This document shows, in pieces, positions 7,733 to 16,979 of a DNA stretch of 64,000 bases. Made by a program: the position numbers and the translations under genes. Position 1 is the stretch's first letter, and each line of letters opens with the position of its first letter. The notes beneath the pieces were generated by a model that worked only from the letters and a program-made list of their open reading frames with translations, searched no databases and was not told the origin of the DNA. Source of the stretch: an uncultured Vicinamibacteraceae bacterium (GTDB taxonomy: Bacteria > Planctomycetota > Phycisphaerae > Phycisphaerales > UBA5793); assembly GCA_964585855.1 (NCBI GenBank), contig CAZPFK010000005.1, positions 1,807-65,806 of the forward strand. The letters are read 5' to 3'.

Positions 7733-8994
7733 TGGGGCTGTTTCGCCCGAAATCAGAATGTCTTCCGCCCAACGCCATCGAGTGCGCTGCTGACGCCCGT
7801 CTCTACGCCCGGCAGCGCGACCCCATCGGCGACCGCTTCCACTTCGCCTTCGCTCTCCTCTACCTCTTCTGTCTCTCCGTCTCGGCAAGCGCCGCCGCCG
7901 TCGCCTACGCCATCCTCGGCGTCTACGCCGCCCTCCGCCTCCACTGCACCTGGCGCGCCTGTCTCTTTGTCCTCGACCGCCCGCTCTGGAACCTCATGCT
8001 CCTCTGGACCGCCTGGCAGGCCCTCTCGATTCTCTGGAGCCCGGACCAGTCCCAGGGACTCGACGAACTCAGCCCCTTCCGCGCTGTCGCCGCCATCCTC
8101 TTCCTCTGGCCCCTCTTCGATCGTGCTGCCCTCCTCGTCGCCGCCTTCCTCGCCGGCGTCTTCTTTGAGAACCTCGTCCAGGCCCTGCAGGGCTTCGGCC
8201 TCCTCGAAGCGCGCTCCGGAGCCGGCGACCGCCTCACCGGCCTCATTCACCCCATTCAGACCGGCGCCCTCTGCGCCATGGCGATCTTCTGGCACGCCTC
8301 GGCTGCCCTCCGAGGCCGCAGCAGCATCCGTCTGCTTGCCCTCATCGGCGGGCTTTCGGCGCTGCTGGGTCTTGTCCTCACCGGCAGTCGCGGTCCCTGG
8401 ATTTCTGCCGCCGCTGCCGGCAGTCTCGGTCTTCTCGCCCTCCTTTGGAAACTCCCCTGGAAGGGCCGGGTCCTTCTACTGACCGCAGTGACCGTCTCCG
8501 CTGTCCTGGTCGCGGTGATTCCCGCCTCACGAAACCTCGTAACGCAGCGCTGGGAGCGGGCCGTGCTCGACCTCTCCGAGGCTGCTGAGGGCCAGTTGAA
8601 GACCGATGTCGGCCTGCGTCTTGCCAACTGGCAGGCCGCTCTTGAGGTCTACCGGGCGCATCCGGTCATCGGCGTTGGAGCCGGGGGCTTCAACGAAGCC
8701 GTTGAGGAAACCTCCCGCCGCGAGGAAGTGCGCTGGTCGCAGCACGCCCACAGTCTGTATGCACAGGTCGCCGCCACCACCGGCACCATCGGCCTCGTGC
8801 TGATGGGGCTGGTCCTGATCGGCGGGCTGGTCGCCTCGGTGCGAGTCTCCCGGCGCGGAATCTTCTCCGGCGGCACGCCCTTTGTGCTCCTCTCCTGGTG
8901 GGCCGGCGCTGCCTTCGACGCCTACCACCACGTCGGCCTGCTCATGGGCGCGCTGACCTTCGCCTTCGCGCTGATCCTCGCGGAGGAGCGCTGA
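7732..8994 (+). CDS. O-antigen ligase-like polytopic membrane protein (Wzy_C type).
   Basis: About 10 hydrophobic segments. LTGSRGPWISAAA and WSQHAHSLYAQVAATTGTIGL resemble the O-antigen ligase signature. It overlaps both neighbours by 1 nt. Confidence 0.75.
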   Translation: MGLFRPKSECLPPNAIECAADARLYARQRDPIGDRFHFAFALLYLFCLSVSASAAAVAYAILGVYAALRLHCTWRACLFVLDRPLWNLMLLWTAWQALSILWSPDQSQGLDELSPFRAVAAILFLWPLFDRAALLVAAFLAGVFFENLVQALQGFGLLEARSGAGDRLTGLIHPIQTGALCAMAIFWHASAALRGRSSIRLLALIGGLSALLGLVLTGSRGPWISAAAAGSLGLLALLWKLPWKGRVLLLTAVTVSAVLVAVIPASRNLVTQRWERAVLDLSEAAEGQLKTDVGLRLANWQAALEVYRAHPVIGVGAGGFNEAVEETSRREEVRWSQHAHSLYAQVAATTGTIGLVLMGLVLIGGLVASVRVSRRGIFSGGTPFVLLSWWAGAAFDAYHHVGLLMGALTFAFALILAEER

Positions 8995-10064
8995 TGCACA
9001 TCGTCCACGTCTCCACTCAGCGGCTCTGGCACGGCGGCGAGGAACAGGCCCGCCTCCTCATCGAAGGCCTGCGCGCGCGCAACCACGAATGCACGGTCCT
9101 GGCCGCTGCCGGGGGAGAGTTTGCCCGACGCCTGGCCCGAGCCGGTGTGGCCGTGCATGAGATCGCCGGTCGCAGCCCGCGGGCGATCTGGCGGATGCGC
9201 CGGGCGCTGAATCGCCTCAGGCCCGACATCGTTCACTTCCACGATTCCCACGCCGTCACCGGCGCTGGCCCCGCAGCCCGCCTCAGCGGCGTTGGCGCCA
9301 CGGTGGCGAGTCGGCGCGTCATCTTCCCCCTCCGCTCCCCCTGGCTCTACCGCCTGGTCTGCTCCCGCATCATCGCCGTCTCCTCAGCCGTCGCTGACCG
9401 CTGCGACTCCTGCGGCATCCCCGTCGAAATCCTGCGCATCGTCCACGACGGCGTCGATCCCGCCTTTGCCGCAAGCGGTGACCGCGCCCGGGGCCGCGCT
9501 GCAATCGGAGCCGAGGTGGAAGGCTTTGTGCTGCTCACCGTCGCATCCCTGACAAGCGCCAAGGGCCACGATGCCCTCCTGCAGGCGCTTCCTTCACTCC
9601 TGCAACGCCGGCCCGACGTCCTGGCCGTCCTGGCAGGCGACGGCCCCCTCCGCGAGCGGTTGACGCAACAGGTCCATCGACTCGGCCTTGCCGGTCGCGT
9701 TCGCTTCCTCGGCTATCGGCAGGACATTCCCGATCTCCTCGCCGCAGCCGACCTCTTCGTCTTCCCCTCCCGCGAGGAAGGGCTCGGCTCCTCGCTCATC
9801 GACGCCATGCTCGCCGGTCTCCCGATCGTGACCACGCTTGCCGGCGGGATCGGCGATCTGCTCTCGCCCGCCCCGGACGAACTGGCATGGACCGTTCCGC
9901 CGGGGAACGCTGATGCGCTGGCCGCTGCCCTCATCGACGCCGTCGAAGACCCGCAGACGCGACAGCGCAGAAGTCGTGCAGCCGCAGAGCATGCCGCCAC
10001 TCGCTTCACCGCTGATCGAATGGTGGAGAACACGCTGGCTGTCTACGTCGACGCGCTGCGCTGA
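8994..10064 (+). CDS. Glycosyltransferase family 4.
   Basis: ATG at 8994 overlaps the upstream TGA. MHIVHVSTQRLWHGGEEQ at the N-terminus and FVFPSREEGLGSSLIDAMLAGLPIV (the GT4 E-x7-E region). Confidence 0.85.
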   Translation: MHIVHVSTQRLWHGGEEQARLLIEGLRARNHECTVLAAAGGEFARRLARAGVAVHEIAGRSPRAIWRMRRALNRLRPDIVHFHDSHAVTGAGPAARLSGVGATVASRRVIFPLRSPWLYRLVCSRIIAVSSAVADRCDSCGIPVEILRIVHDGVDPAFAASGDRARGRAAIGAEVEGFVLLTVASLTSAKGHDALLQALPSLLQRRPDVLAVLAGDGPLRERLTQQVHRLGLAGRVRFLGYRQDIPDLLAAADLFVFPSREEGLGSSLIDAMLAGLPIVTTLAGGIGDLLSPAPDELAWTVPPGNADALAAALIDAVEDPQTRQRRSRAAAEHAATRFTADRMVENTLAVYVDALR

Positions 10065-10068
10065 GCGC

Positions 10069-12813
10069 TCAGTGGATGTCCAGCCGCAGGTTGATGCGGC
10101 CCGCTCCGTCAACATCCCGCAGGCCGACGCGGATGAATCGTCCGCGAAGCGCCTCGATGCCGGCCCCGGAGTACCGGAAGACGCGAAAGGCCGTCTGGTT
10201 GGGCTCAAGTCCCGCCACATCCGCCTCCTGCACGGGGAAACCCGGCGCAATCGCATAGGTGCGGATCCACACCGCCTCGCTCGAGCGGTTCACAATCTCA
10301 TGGGTGACCACCAGCACCGGATCGCCTCCCTCATCTTCCTCCCAGTGATGGCCGGCGTTGAGTGTGACATTGCGGAAGCCGATCTCCAGCCCCGCATCAA
10401 TCCGGAACTCCAGCTCCCGGTCTGTCTGCAGACGAACAAGAAACTCCAGGTCCCGTCGGCCCGCCAGCTCATACCGCGGAAACGAAAACGAAAAGGGCAG
10501 CCGCGCCGTCTCCCCCGCCCGCAGCGAGAAACTCTGCACCCGCTGCTGGAAGGTCCACGACGCCGGCTCCAGCACACGGATCTCTCCCGTTATCGTCGAT
10601 GGCCACGGATTGTGCAGGCTGATCTCGTGGTGATGCACCGCCGCATCGGCCTGGACGAACTCCGGCTCAAGCCGGAATCCCGCCCGGAACATCGCAAGGC
10701 GAAGGTCAGCCCCCTCTACGAAGATCGGACTCCGCCCGACCTGCAGGCGGTGTCGCCCATCGTCACCGCGTGCTGCCGCTCTGCGATTACCCTGCACGTC
10801 GATCACCGACACCATCTCCCGGCCCAGGTAGATCGGCGTCTCAACTGTCTCCTGAAGAACCGAGTCATTCCACATCGCCAGTACGCCGCGATCCTCCTCC
10901 ATGAAGATGATCGCCGTCACTCCCTCGCCAAGCGCCAGCCGGTCGTAGGGCCGACAGCCCGACAGCAGCCGTGAGAGGTTCGCAATCGCGGCGTAGGTCT
11001 CCGTCGGCTCCAGGCCCCGGGCATCGGCCGTCAGTCTCCACGGCGCTTCAAGGTCAAACTCCGTCGCCCCGGCCTCAGCGGCCAGCACGATTCGTTTGAC
11101 CAGGTCGATCACAACGCCGTCACCGCCGTAATGCTCTGTATTCAGCGCCTCGACCCCCGCTCGAAACGGCGCCGTCGAGTCGCTCCACTGCGCAAGGTAA
11201 TCGCGGATTGATTCCGGCCGAATTCCTGCCGCGATCCACAGCACGCTGGTCAATCCCGCCGGAAGTTGCGACTGGCTCACAGCCGAACCGCCGTCGCCGA
11301 CATCCACGGCCACAACGGCCGACTCGGCCGCCCGTTCGACCGGGAAGTCGTAATCCGCCGGCCAGGGAAGCGAAAGCGAGAGCACCGGCGCGGCTTCGCG
11401 CAGAAACGCGCTGGCCCCGTGCAGCAGCGGTCCCGGATCGCCAACCAGATGAAATCGCGAGGACGAGGCGGGGCCGATCTGCCAGTCAGCCACCAGTTGC
11501 CCGTATCGGAAGAGGAACTCATCCAGGTAGGGCATCACCGCCGTCTGTGCCGACGCAAGCGCCTCGGCCACCTGCTCCGGCCGCAGCCGTGCAGCCGCCG
11601 CCAGCGCCTCGGGCAGCTGATCGAGCGAAAAAGTCAGCGTCGGCGGATTGCCGGGCAGCGCGGCGATGACCGCCTTGATGTGCCCTCGCCATGTCTCCAT
11701 CGACTCGGGCGTCAGACCCGCATGCCAGATCGGAAGCGTGAATCGCTTCGGCCCAAGCGCTGCCGCCAGCGTTCTGAGATCACCCAGCGGCGTCTCCGTG
11801 TCGTGTTTCAGAATCAGCCCGAAGTCGCTCGCACGGCCTCGCGCCTCCGCATCCTCCGGCGGAAGCCAGGCAAAGGTGAACGTCGTGTGCGCAAAGGGCG
11901 CTCCGTCCTGCAACAGCGTCAGCGAGCCGCTGTGAAACCCGTACCCGGCCAGCGCCGGCTCCCAGGTCCACTGATCGGGGTGCAAGCGCATCTCCACAAC
12001 CTGCGATGCGATGACCTGACCGCTGAGGTCGCGCACCTCAAGGTGTGCTGAAAGATCAGACGTCGAAACATCCGAGATGTCCACGGCGATTCTCGGCGAC
12101 GCCCCGCCCACTGATACCCGCCCCGGCTCAACGGCTACCTCCACACGAGGCATCCGCCAGATCACAAGTTCATCGAACTCCGCAGCCGCGTTGAGGTCCT
12201 CGACCAGGCGGTTGGGGTCGAGCGTCGGCTCGCCCCTCACCGGCTCGGGCTGCTCAATCAGCAGTTCCACCCCGATCCACGCCGCTTCCGGGGAGCGACC
12301 CGGAAGGTGCAGCGAGACCTCGCTCCATTGCCCGCCCGTGCGAACCGGCTCCGTCTCCACGAGACTTCCCGGCAGGATGCGCCCGTCCTCGGCCAGCAGA
12401 TATGCACGAAGGCGGGCCCCTGCGCGAGTGACCCCCTCGGTCCGCACGTTCACGCCGAGGATGTAATCCGTCTCCGGCAGCACCGGAACGATGCCCGGCA
12501 CCAGGCGGATGCCGACATCCCCGCCGATGCTTCGCATTCGGTAGGTTCGCGCATTCGTGTCTGGAGCCCTGCCGGCTCGCGGCGTGGGGTTGAACTCCAC
12601 CGTGTTCCACAGCGGAAAGCCATCGTCGCTGATGCGGACCCAGTATTGCGGAATCGGCAGCGGGTTGTCCGGCTCGTCGAAGTCAAACCGCTCCACCTCC
12701 CGCCGAAGCAGGTCCAGCCCCTCGCCCGACAGCGCACGCTCAGCCGGCAGCGTCTGGGAAACGACGGCGACGGGCCAGCACAACAGAAGAAGTATGGCAG
12801 AAAGAGCGCGCAT
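10069..12813 (-). CDS. Large secreted protein of unknown function (914 aa).
   Basis: Signal-peptide-like N-terminus MRALSAILLLLCWPVAVVSQ. The long ORF has the codon bias of its neighbours. I recognised no catalytic motif. Confidence 0.7.
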   Translation of the reverse strand: MRALSAILLLLCWPVAVVSQTLPAERALSGEGLDLLRREVERFDFDEPDNPLPIPQYWVRISDDGFPLWNTVEFNPTPRAGRAPDTNARTYRMRSIGGDVGIRLVPGIVPVLPETDYILGVNVRTEGVTRAGARLRAYLLAEDGRILPGSLVETEPVRTGGQWSEVSLHLPGRSPEAAWIGVELLIEQPEPVRGEPTLDPNRLVEDLNAAAEFDELVIWRMPRVEVAVEPGRVSVGGASPRIAVDISDVSTSDLSAHLEVRDLSGQVIASQVVEMRLHPDQWTWEPALAGYGFHSGSLTLLQDGAPFAHTTFTFAWLPPEDAEARGRASDFGLILKHDTETPLGDLRTLAAALGPKRFTLPIWHAGLTPESMETWRGHIKAVIAALPGNPPTLTFSLDQLPEALAAAARLRPEQVAEALASAQTAVMPYLDEFLFRYGQLVADWQIGPASSSRFHLVGDPGPLLHGASAFLREAAPVLSLSLPWPADYDFPVERAAESAVVAVDVGDGGSAVSQSQLPAGLTSVLWIAAGIRPESIRDYLAQWSDSTAPFRAGVEALNTEHYGGDGVVIDLVKRIVLAAEAGATEFDLEAPWRLTADARGLEPTETYAAIANLSRLLSGCRPYDRLALGEGVTAIIFMEEDRGVLAMWNDSVLQETVETPIYLGREMVSVIDVQGNRRAAARGDDGRHRLQVGRSPIFVEGADLRLAMFRAGFRLEPEFVQADAAVHHHEISLHNPWPSTITGEIRVLEPASWTFQQRVQSFSLRAGETARLPFSFSFPRYELAGRRDLEFLVRLQTDRELEFRIDAGLEIGFRNVTLNAGHHWEEDEGGDPVLVVTHEIVNRSSEAVWIRTYAIAPGFPVQEADVAGLEPNQTAFRVFRYSGAGIEALRGRFIRVGLRDVDGAGRINLRLDIH

Positions 12814-12875
12814 TTTGTGCGGATATCGGTCCGCAGGGCATTGCCGCTCAAATCAACTCGGTACACTATGGGACG

Positions 12876-13643
12876 ATGAGATCGGCACGACGCCGGCTGT
12901 GGGCATGGATGACCTACTCAGCGCTTCTCGCCGCCACGGCGGGAATTGGTGGGGCGTACCTGCACTATCGACACGTCCGCGACAGCGCCGTCGCCCGCCT
13001 GCAAGAGGAAAACGAAGCCCTTCGGGCACGTCAGGCCGAGTTGGAGGCCATCGTCACCCGCCTCAAGGCCTCCCGCCGCCTCGCACAGGTCGTCGTGACA
13101 AGGCAGAAGCGCGATGACCGGGGCCGCGCCCTCGAGACCTCGCTGGCCCTCTTTGAACTCACCGCCGACGGCCAAAACGTACTGCGCCGGCAGGATTTCA
13201 CGATTCCCGGCGAGGTCGCCTTCTTTGACGCCCTGGTCATCAAGTTCGACGCCGAAAGCGTCTCCGCCGGCGACCCGCTTCGCGGCCACACCATCGCCCT
13301 GCTCCGCCGAATCTACTCCGAAACCCAGCCGCCGCAGACCGGCCAGCCCATCGACGAGCCGGGCCGCATCCCCGACATCTACCGCACAGCCGAAGCAAGC
13401 CCCGACTTTCAGGAAAATCTCTGGCGTCGATTCTGGACGCTGGCCACCGATCCTGCCGCCGCTGCCGAGGCCGGCGTCAGGGTCGCCCAGGGTGAGGCCG
13501 TCTACAAGCCCCTGCGCCCCGGCGTGCTGTACCTGCTCACCCTTGACGCCATCGGCGGCCTGAACCTCGAAACCAGGCCCCTCGTCGAGGCCGCCCCGGA
13601 AGTTCTCTTGGCGGTGGGTCGTGCGGAGGGACAGGAGCCGTGA
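12876..13643 (+). CDS. Membrane-anchored hypothetical protein with a short coiled coil.
   Basis: N-terminal hydrophobic segment WAWMTYSALLAATAGIGGAYL followed by LQEENEALRARQAELEAIVTRLK. Divergent from 10069..12813 across a 62-bp gap. Confidence 0.6.
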   Translation: MRSARRRLWAWMTYSALLAATAGIGGAYLHYRHVRDSAVARLQEENEALRARQAELEAIVTRLKASRRLAQVVVTRQKRDDRGRALETSLALFELTADGQNVLRRQDFTIPGEVAFFDALVIKFDAESVSAGDPLRGHTIALLRRIYSETQPPQTGQPIDEPGRIPDIYRTAEASPDFQENLWRRFWTLATDPAAAAEAGVRVAQGEAVYKPLRPGVLYLLTLDAIGGLNLETRPLVEAAPEVLLAVGRAEGQEP

Positions 13644-13845
13644 CCTTCACCGAAGAAAATCGTGGCGCATGGTCGATGAACGAACGGAGTGCAAACGCAT
13701 TCAGAGACAGTGATTTCGCAGGAAAGGGGCCGGAATCCGACGGTGCGACCGTCAGGAGTCAGTAGAATGGGTATGAAACGGGTGGGCTTGTGCCGTTTTT
13801 CGCGGCAGGCAAGGATGCAGCAGCGGTGCTGGTGAGGAAGATCTG

Positions 13846-15534
13846 ATGGGCATTGGAACGATTCTGCTTGAACGCGGGGTCATCACTCGCGAACAGCTCG
13901 AAGAGGCCATCGCCGCGCAGAAGCAGACCGGGGCGCGCCTTGACCACACCCTCGTCTCCCTCGGCTTCTGCACACAGACCGAAGTGCTGGCCGCCATCGG
14001 TGAGCAGTTTTCCATGGAGATCGTCGACCTCGCCGACGTCTCCCCGAACCGCGATGTCCTCGACCTCCTCCCCGCCCAACTGGTCTACAAGCAGAACTGC
14101 GTCCCCGTCTCACGAACCAACGGCACCCTCCGTGTTGCCACCAGCGACCCCTTCGAACTCACCGCCTTCGATGAACTCCGGCTCCTCACCGGCTGCTCCA
14201 TCGAACTCGTCCTCGCCGATGAGGAAGACCTGCACAAGTTCATCCGCCGCCACTACGGTGTGGCCGGCGACACCCTCGACGCGCTGAACTCCGAGGTCGA
14301 TCTCGACCGTGACACGGCCGAGGCGACGGCGAAACTCACCGGCGAAAGCCAGGCCGAACTCGAGGAGGCCCAGCAGGCCTCGGTCATCCGGCTGGTCAAC
14401 GAACTGCTCATCGAGGCGATCTCCACCCGCGCCACCGACGTTCACATCGAACCCTACGAAAACGCCCTCGAAGTGCGCTACCGCATCGACGGCGTGCTCT
14501 TTCGCCCTTCGGTCGCCTCAACCATCAACCGCTTCCGCCACGCCATCGTCAGCCGCATCAAGATCATGGCGAACATGAACATCGCCGAAAAGCGCCGTCC
14601 ACAGGACGGCCGCATCAATCTGCGCCACAAGGGCCGCGAGTATGACCTTCGCGTCTCGATCATCCCCATGATCTTCGGCGAGGGTGTGGTGATGCGCATC
14701 CTCGACAAGTCCTCGGTCCTGCTCTCGCTCAATGACCTCGGCATGCCCGATGACATCCTCGAGACCTGGGATGCCCTGATCAGCAGGCCTCACGGCATCA
14801 TGCTGGTCACAGGCCCGACCGGCTCCGGTAAGTCAACGACGCTGTACGCCTCCCTCAACCGCATCGTCTCCGAGGAGATCAAGGCCATCACCGTTGAGGA
14901 TCCCGTCGAATACCACATTCACGGCGTCAACCAGATCCCCGTCAATCACAAGATCGGCCTCACCTTTGCCGCCGGGCTGCGCTCCATCCTCCGCCACGAT
15001 CCGGACGTGATCATGATCGGGGAAATCCGCGACCTTGAGACGGCCGAGGCCGCCATCCAGGCCTCGCTGACCGGCCACCTGGTCTTCTCCACGCTTCACA
15101 CCAACGACGCTCCCGGCGCCACGACGCGACTGCTGGATATGGGCGTCGAGCCCTTCCTGGTCGCCAGTTCCATCGAGGGCGTCCTGGCGCAGCGCCTGGT
15201 TCGGCGCATCTGCCGCCACTGCAGCGAAGAAATCGATGCGCCGGAGATGGAGATCGCGCCGGAATGGCGTGAATTCGCCGACGGCCCCTGGTTCCTCGGC
15301 AAGGGCTGCAAGCAGTGCCGCCAGACCGGCTACCACGGCCGTCTCGGCATCTTCGAGCTGCTCCGCGTCGGCGAGGAGACGCGCGACCGCATCATGGAGC
15401 GGAAGAACGCAACACAGATTGCGCGCGAGGCGCTGCAGCGCGGCGAGTTGCAGCCGCTGGCCCGGGACGGCTTCGGTAAGGTCCGCCAGGGGCTGACCTC
15501 GGTGACCGAAGTCCTCCGCGCCGTCGCCACCTGA
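13846..15534 (+). CDS. pilB: GspE/PilB-family secretion or type IV pilus assembly ATPase; all catalytic motifs are canonical.
   Basis: Walker A GPTGSGKSTTLYA, Asp box ITVEDPVEY, Walker B DPDVIMIGEIRDLETA, His box TGHLVFSTLHTNDA, tetra-Cys CRHC...CKQC, and an N-terminal MshEN-like region. Confidence 0.9.
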   Translation: MGIGTILLERGVITREQLEEAIAAQKQTGARLDHTLVSLGFCTQTEVLAAIGEQFSMEIVDLADVSPNRDVLDLLPAQLVYKQNCVPVSRTNGTLRVATSDPFELTAFDELRLLTGCSIELVLADEEDLHKFIRRHYGVAGDTLDALNSEVDLDRDTAEATAKLTGESQAELEEAQQASVIRLVNELLIEAISTRATDVHIEPYENALEVRYRIDGVLFRPSVASTINRFRHAIVSRIKIMANMNIAEKRRPQDGRINLRHKGREYDLRVSIIPMIFGEGVVMRILDKSSVLLSLNDLGMPDDILETWDALISRPHGIMLVTGPTGSGKSTTLYASLNRIVSEEIKAITVEDPVEYHIHGVNQIPVNHKIGLTFAAGLRSILRHDPDVIMIGEIRDLETAEAAIQASLTGHLVFSTLHTNDAPGATTRLLDMGVEPFLVASSIEGVLAQRLVRRICRHCSEEIDAPEMEIAPEWREFADGPWFLGKGCKQCRQTGYHGRLGIFELLRVGEETRDRIMERKNATQIAREALQRGELQPLARDGFGKVRQGLTSVTEVLRAVAT

Positions 15535-15535
15535 G

Positions 15536-15967
15536 TCATTCGGCCAACATCATTGTCGTAACGGTCGCCGCCGCGATCACAATTGCGATCACCGCGATTC
15601 CAGTCAGCGCCATCCTGCCCAGCAGATGCTCATCCTGCAGCACCTTCACCCACGACTCCCGCTTGCCGTGCTGGATGAGCGCATACTGCGCACGAAAGAG
15701 GCCGATCAGGCCGATCAGACCGACCACACCCGAGCCGATGATCGGCTCGGTCCGGGTCAGCAGCAGGTAGGCGCAGGCGGCAAAGGCGCCCAGGGCGGAA
15801 ATGACTCCCGAGATCGCCTCGATGAGCATGCCCCTGCGGTACATGAAGGTGCGGGGCTGCGACTCGTAAGTGCGGTTCAGGCCCGCCACGGCGAGCGTGA
15901 CGACGACCAGCGAGACCGCGAGCACCACCATCAACTTGAACTCACCAGAGAGATCGGCCGCGGGCAT
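15536..15967 (-). CDS. Small integral membrane protein (about 4 TM segments).
   Basis: Four hydrophobic stretches. Convergent with pilB, with 1 nt between the ends. Confidence 0.55.
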   Translation of the reverse strand: MPAADLSGEFKLMVVLAVSLVVVTLAVAGLNRTYESQPRTFMYRRGMLIEAISGVISALGAFAACAYLLLTRTEPIIGSGVVGLIGLIGLFRAQYALIQHGKRESWVKVLQDEHLLGRMALTGIAVIAIVIAAATVTTMMLAE

Positions 15968-16049
15968 GGCAGGCGTATCCTTGCGCAGAAATCGGCTGCG
16001 AGTGTAGCACGCCCGGTCTCCCGGAAAACCCGCTCACGAAAGACGCTCC

Positions 16050-16934
16050 ATGCTCCTTCGGTCCAGTCTCGTTGTTCTCCTTGCCCTGATGCTTATCGGT
16101 TGCGCCACGACTCAAACGACAGATCCGGCCCGATCCGGAGCCCTCGCCGTTGACGCCATGACCTTCAACATCCGCTACGGAACCGCCGGCGATGGCCCGG
16201 ATGCCTGGCCGCTGCGGCGGGAGGCCCTGCTGGCCTGGCTGGCCTCGAAACAGCCCGGTGTGCTCGGAGTTCAGGAGGCCCTGCACTTCCAGATCGAGGA
16301 GCTTGCCGCCGCGCTTCCGGGATACGGCTGGGCCGGCGCGGGTCGCGACGATGGGCGGGAGCAGGGGGAGTACGCCGCCGTCATCTTTGATCGCAACCGG
16401 TTCGAGATGCTCGAAAGCGATAACTTCTGGTTCTCTGATTCTCCGCAGACTCCGGGCTCAACCTCGTGGGGCAACCGTGTCACTCGCATCTGCTCCTGGG
16501 TGCGACTGCGCGATCGCCTTAACGGGGGACACTTCTACGTCTACAACCTTCACCTCGATCACGAAAGCCAGTCCTCCCGGGAGCGCAGCATCGAGTTGCT
16601 CCTCCGACGCATCGAATCGCGTTCCCACGCCGACGCTCCGGTCCTGGTCATGGGCGATTTCAACGCCGGTGAGTCCAACCCCGCCATCGTCGCCCTTCAC
16701 GACGCTGGGTACATTGACACCTTCCGCGTGCTCCATCCCGGCGAGCGTACAGTCGGCACCTTCAACGGCTTCAGTGGGACCGCCGACGGCGAGAAGATCG
16801 ACCACATCTTCATCAGGGCCGATGCCGGCTGGACCGTCCGGGACGCCCGCATCCACCGCGACACAACGCCGCAGGGGCGCAACCTCTCGGATCACTTCGC
16901 CGTCTCGGCCGATCTCTTTCGCCCCGCCGAGTGA
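16050..16934 (+). CDS. Endonuclease/exonuclease/phosphatase (EEP) family lipoprotein.
   Basis: Lipobox LMLIGCATT. EEP strings MTFNIRYG, LGVQEA, NLHLDHES, VMGDFN and a C-terminal LSDHFAV. Confidence 0.8.
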   Translation: MLLRSSLVVLLALMLIGCATTQTTDPARSGALAVDAMTFNIRYGTAGDGPDAWPLRREALLAWLASKQPGVLGVQEALHFQIEELAAALPGYGWAGAGRDDGREQGEYAAVIFDRNRFEMLESDNFWFSDSPQTPGSTSWGNRVTRICSWVRLRDRLNGGHFYVYNLHLDHESQSSRERSIELLLRRIESRSHADAPVLVMGDFNAGESNPAIVALHDAGYIDTFRVLHPGERTVGTFNGFSGTADGEKIDHIFIRADAGWTVRDARIHRDTTPQGRNLSDHFAVSADLFRPAE

Positions 16935-16979
16935 GCCATCTCCCGGCAATCTCCGACCTCCCTCACCTACAGTTGCTGC

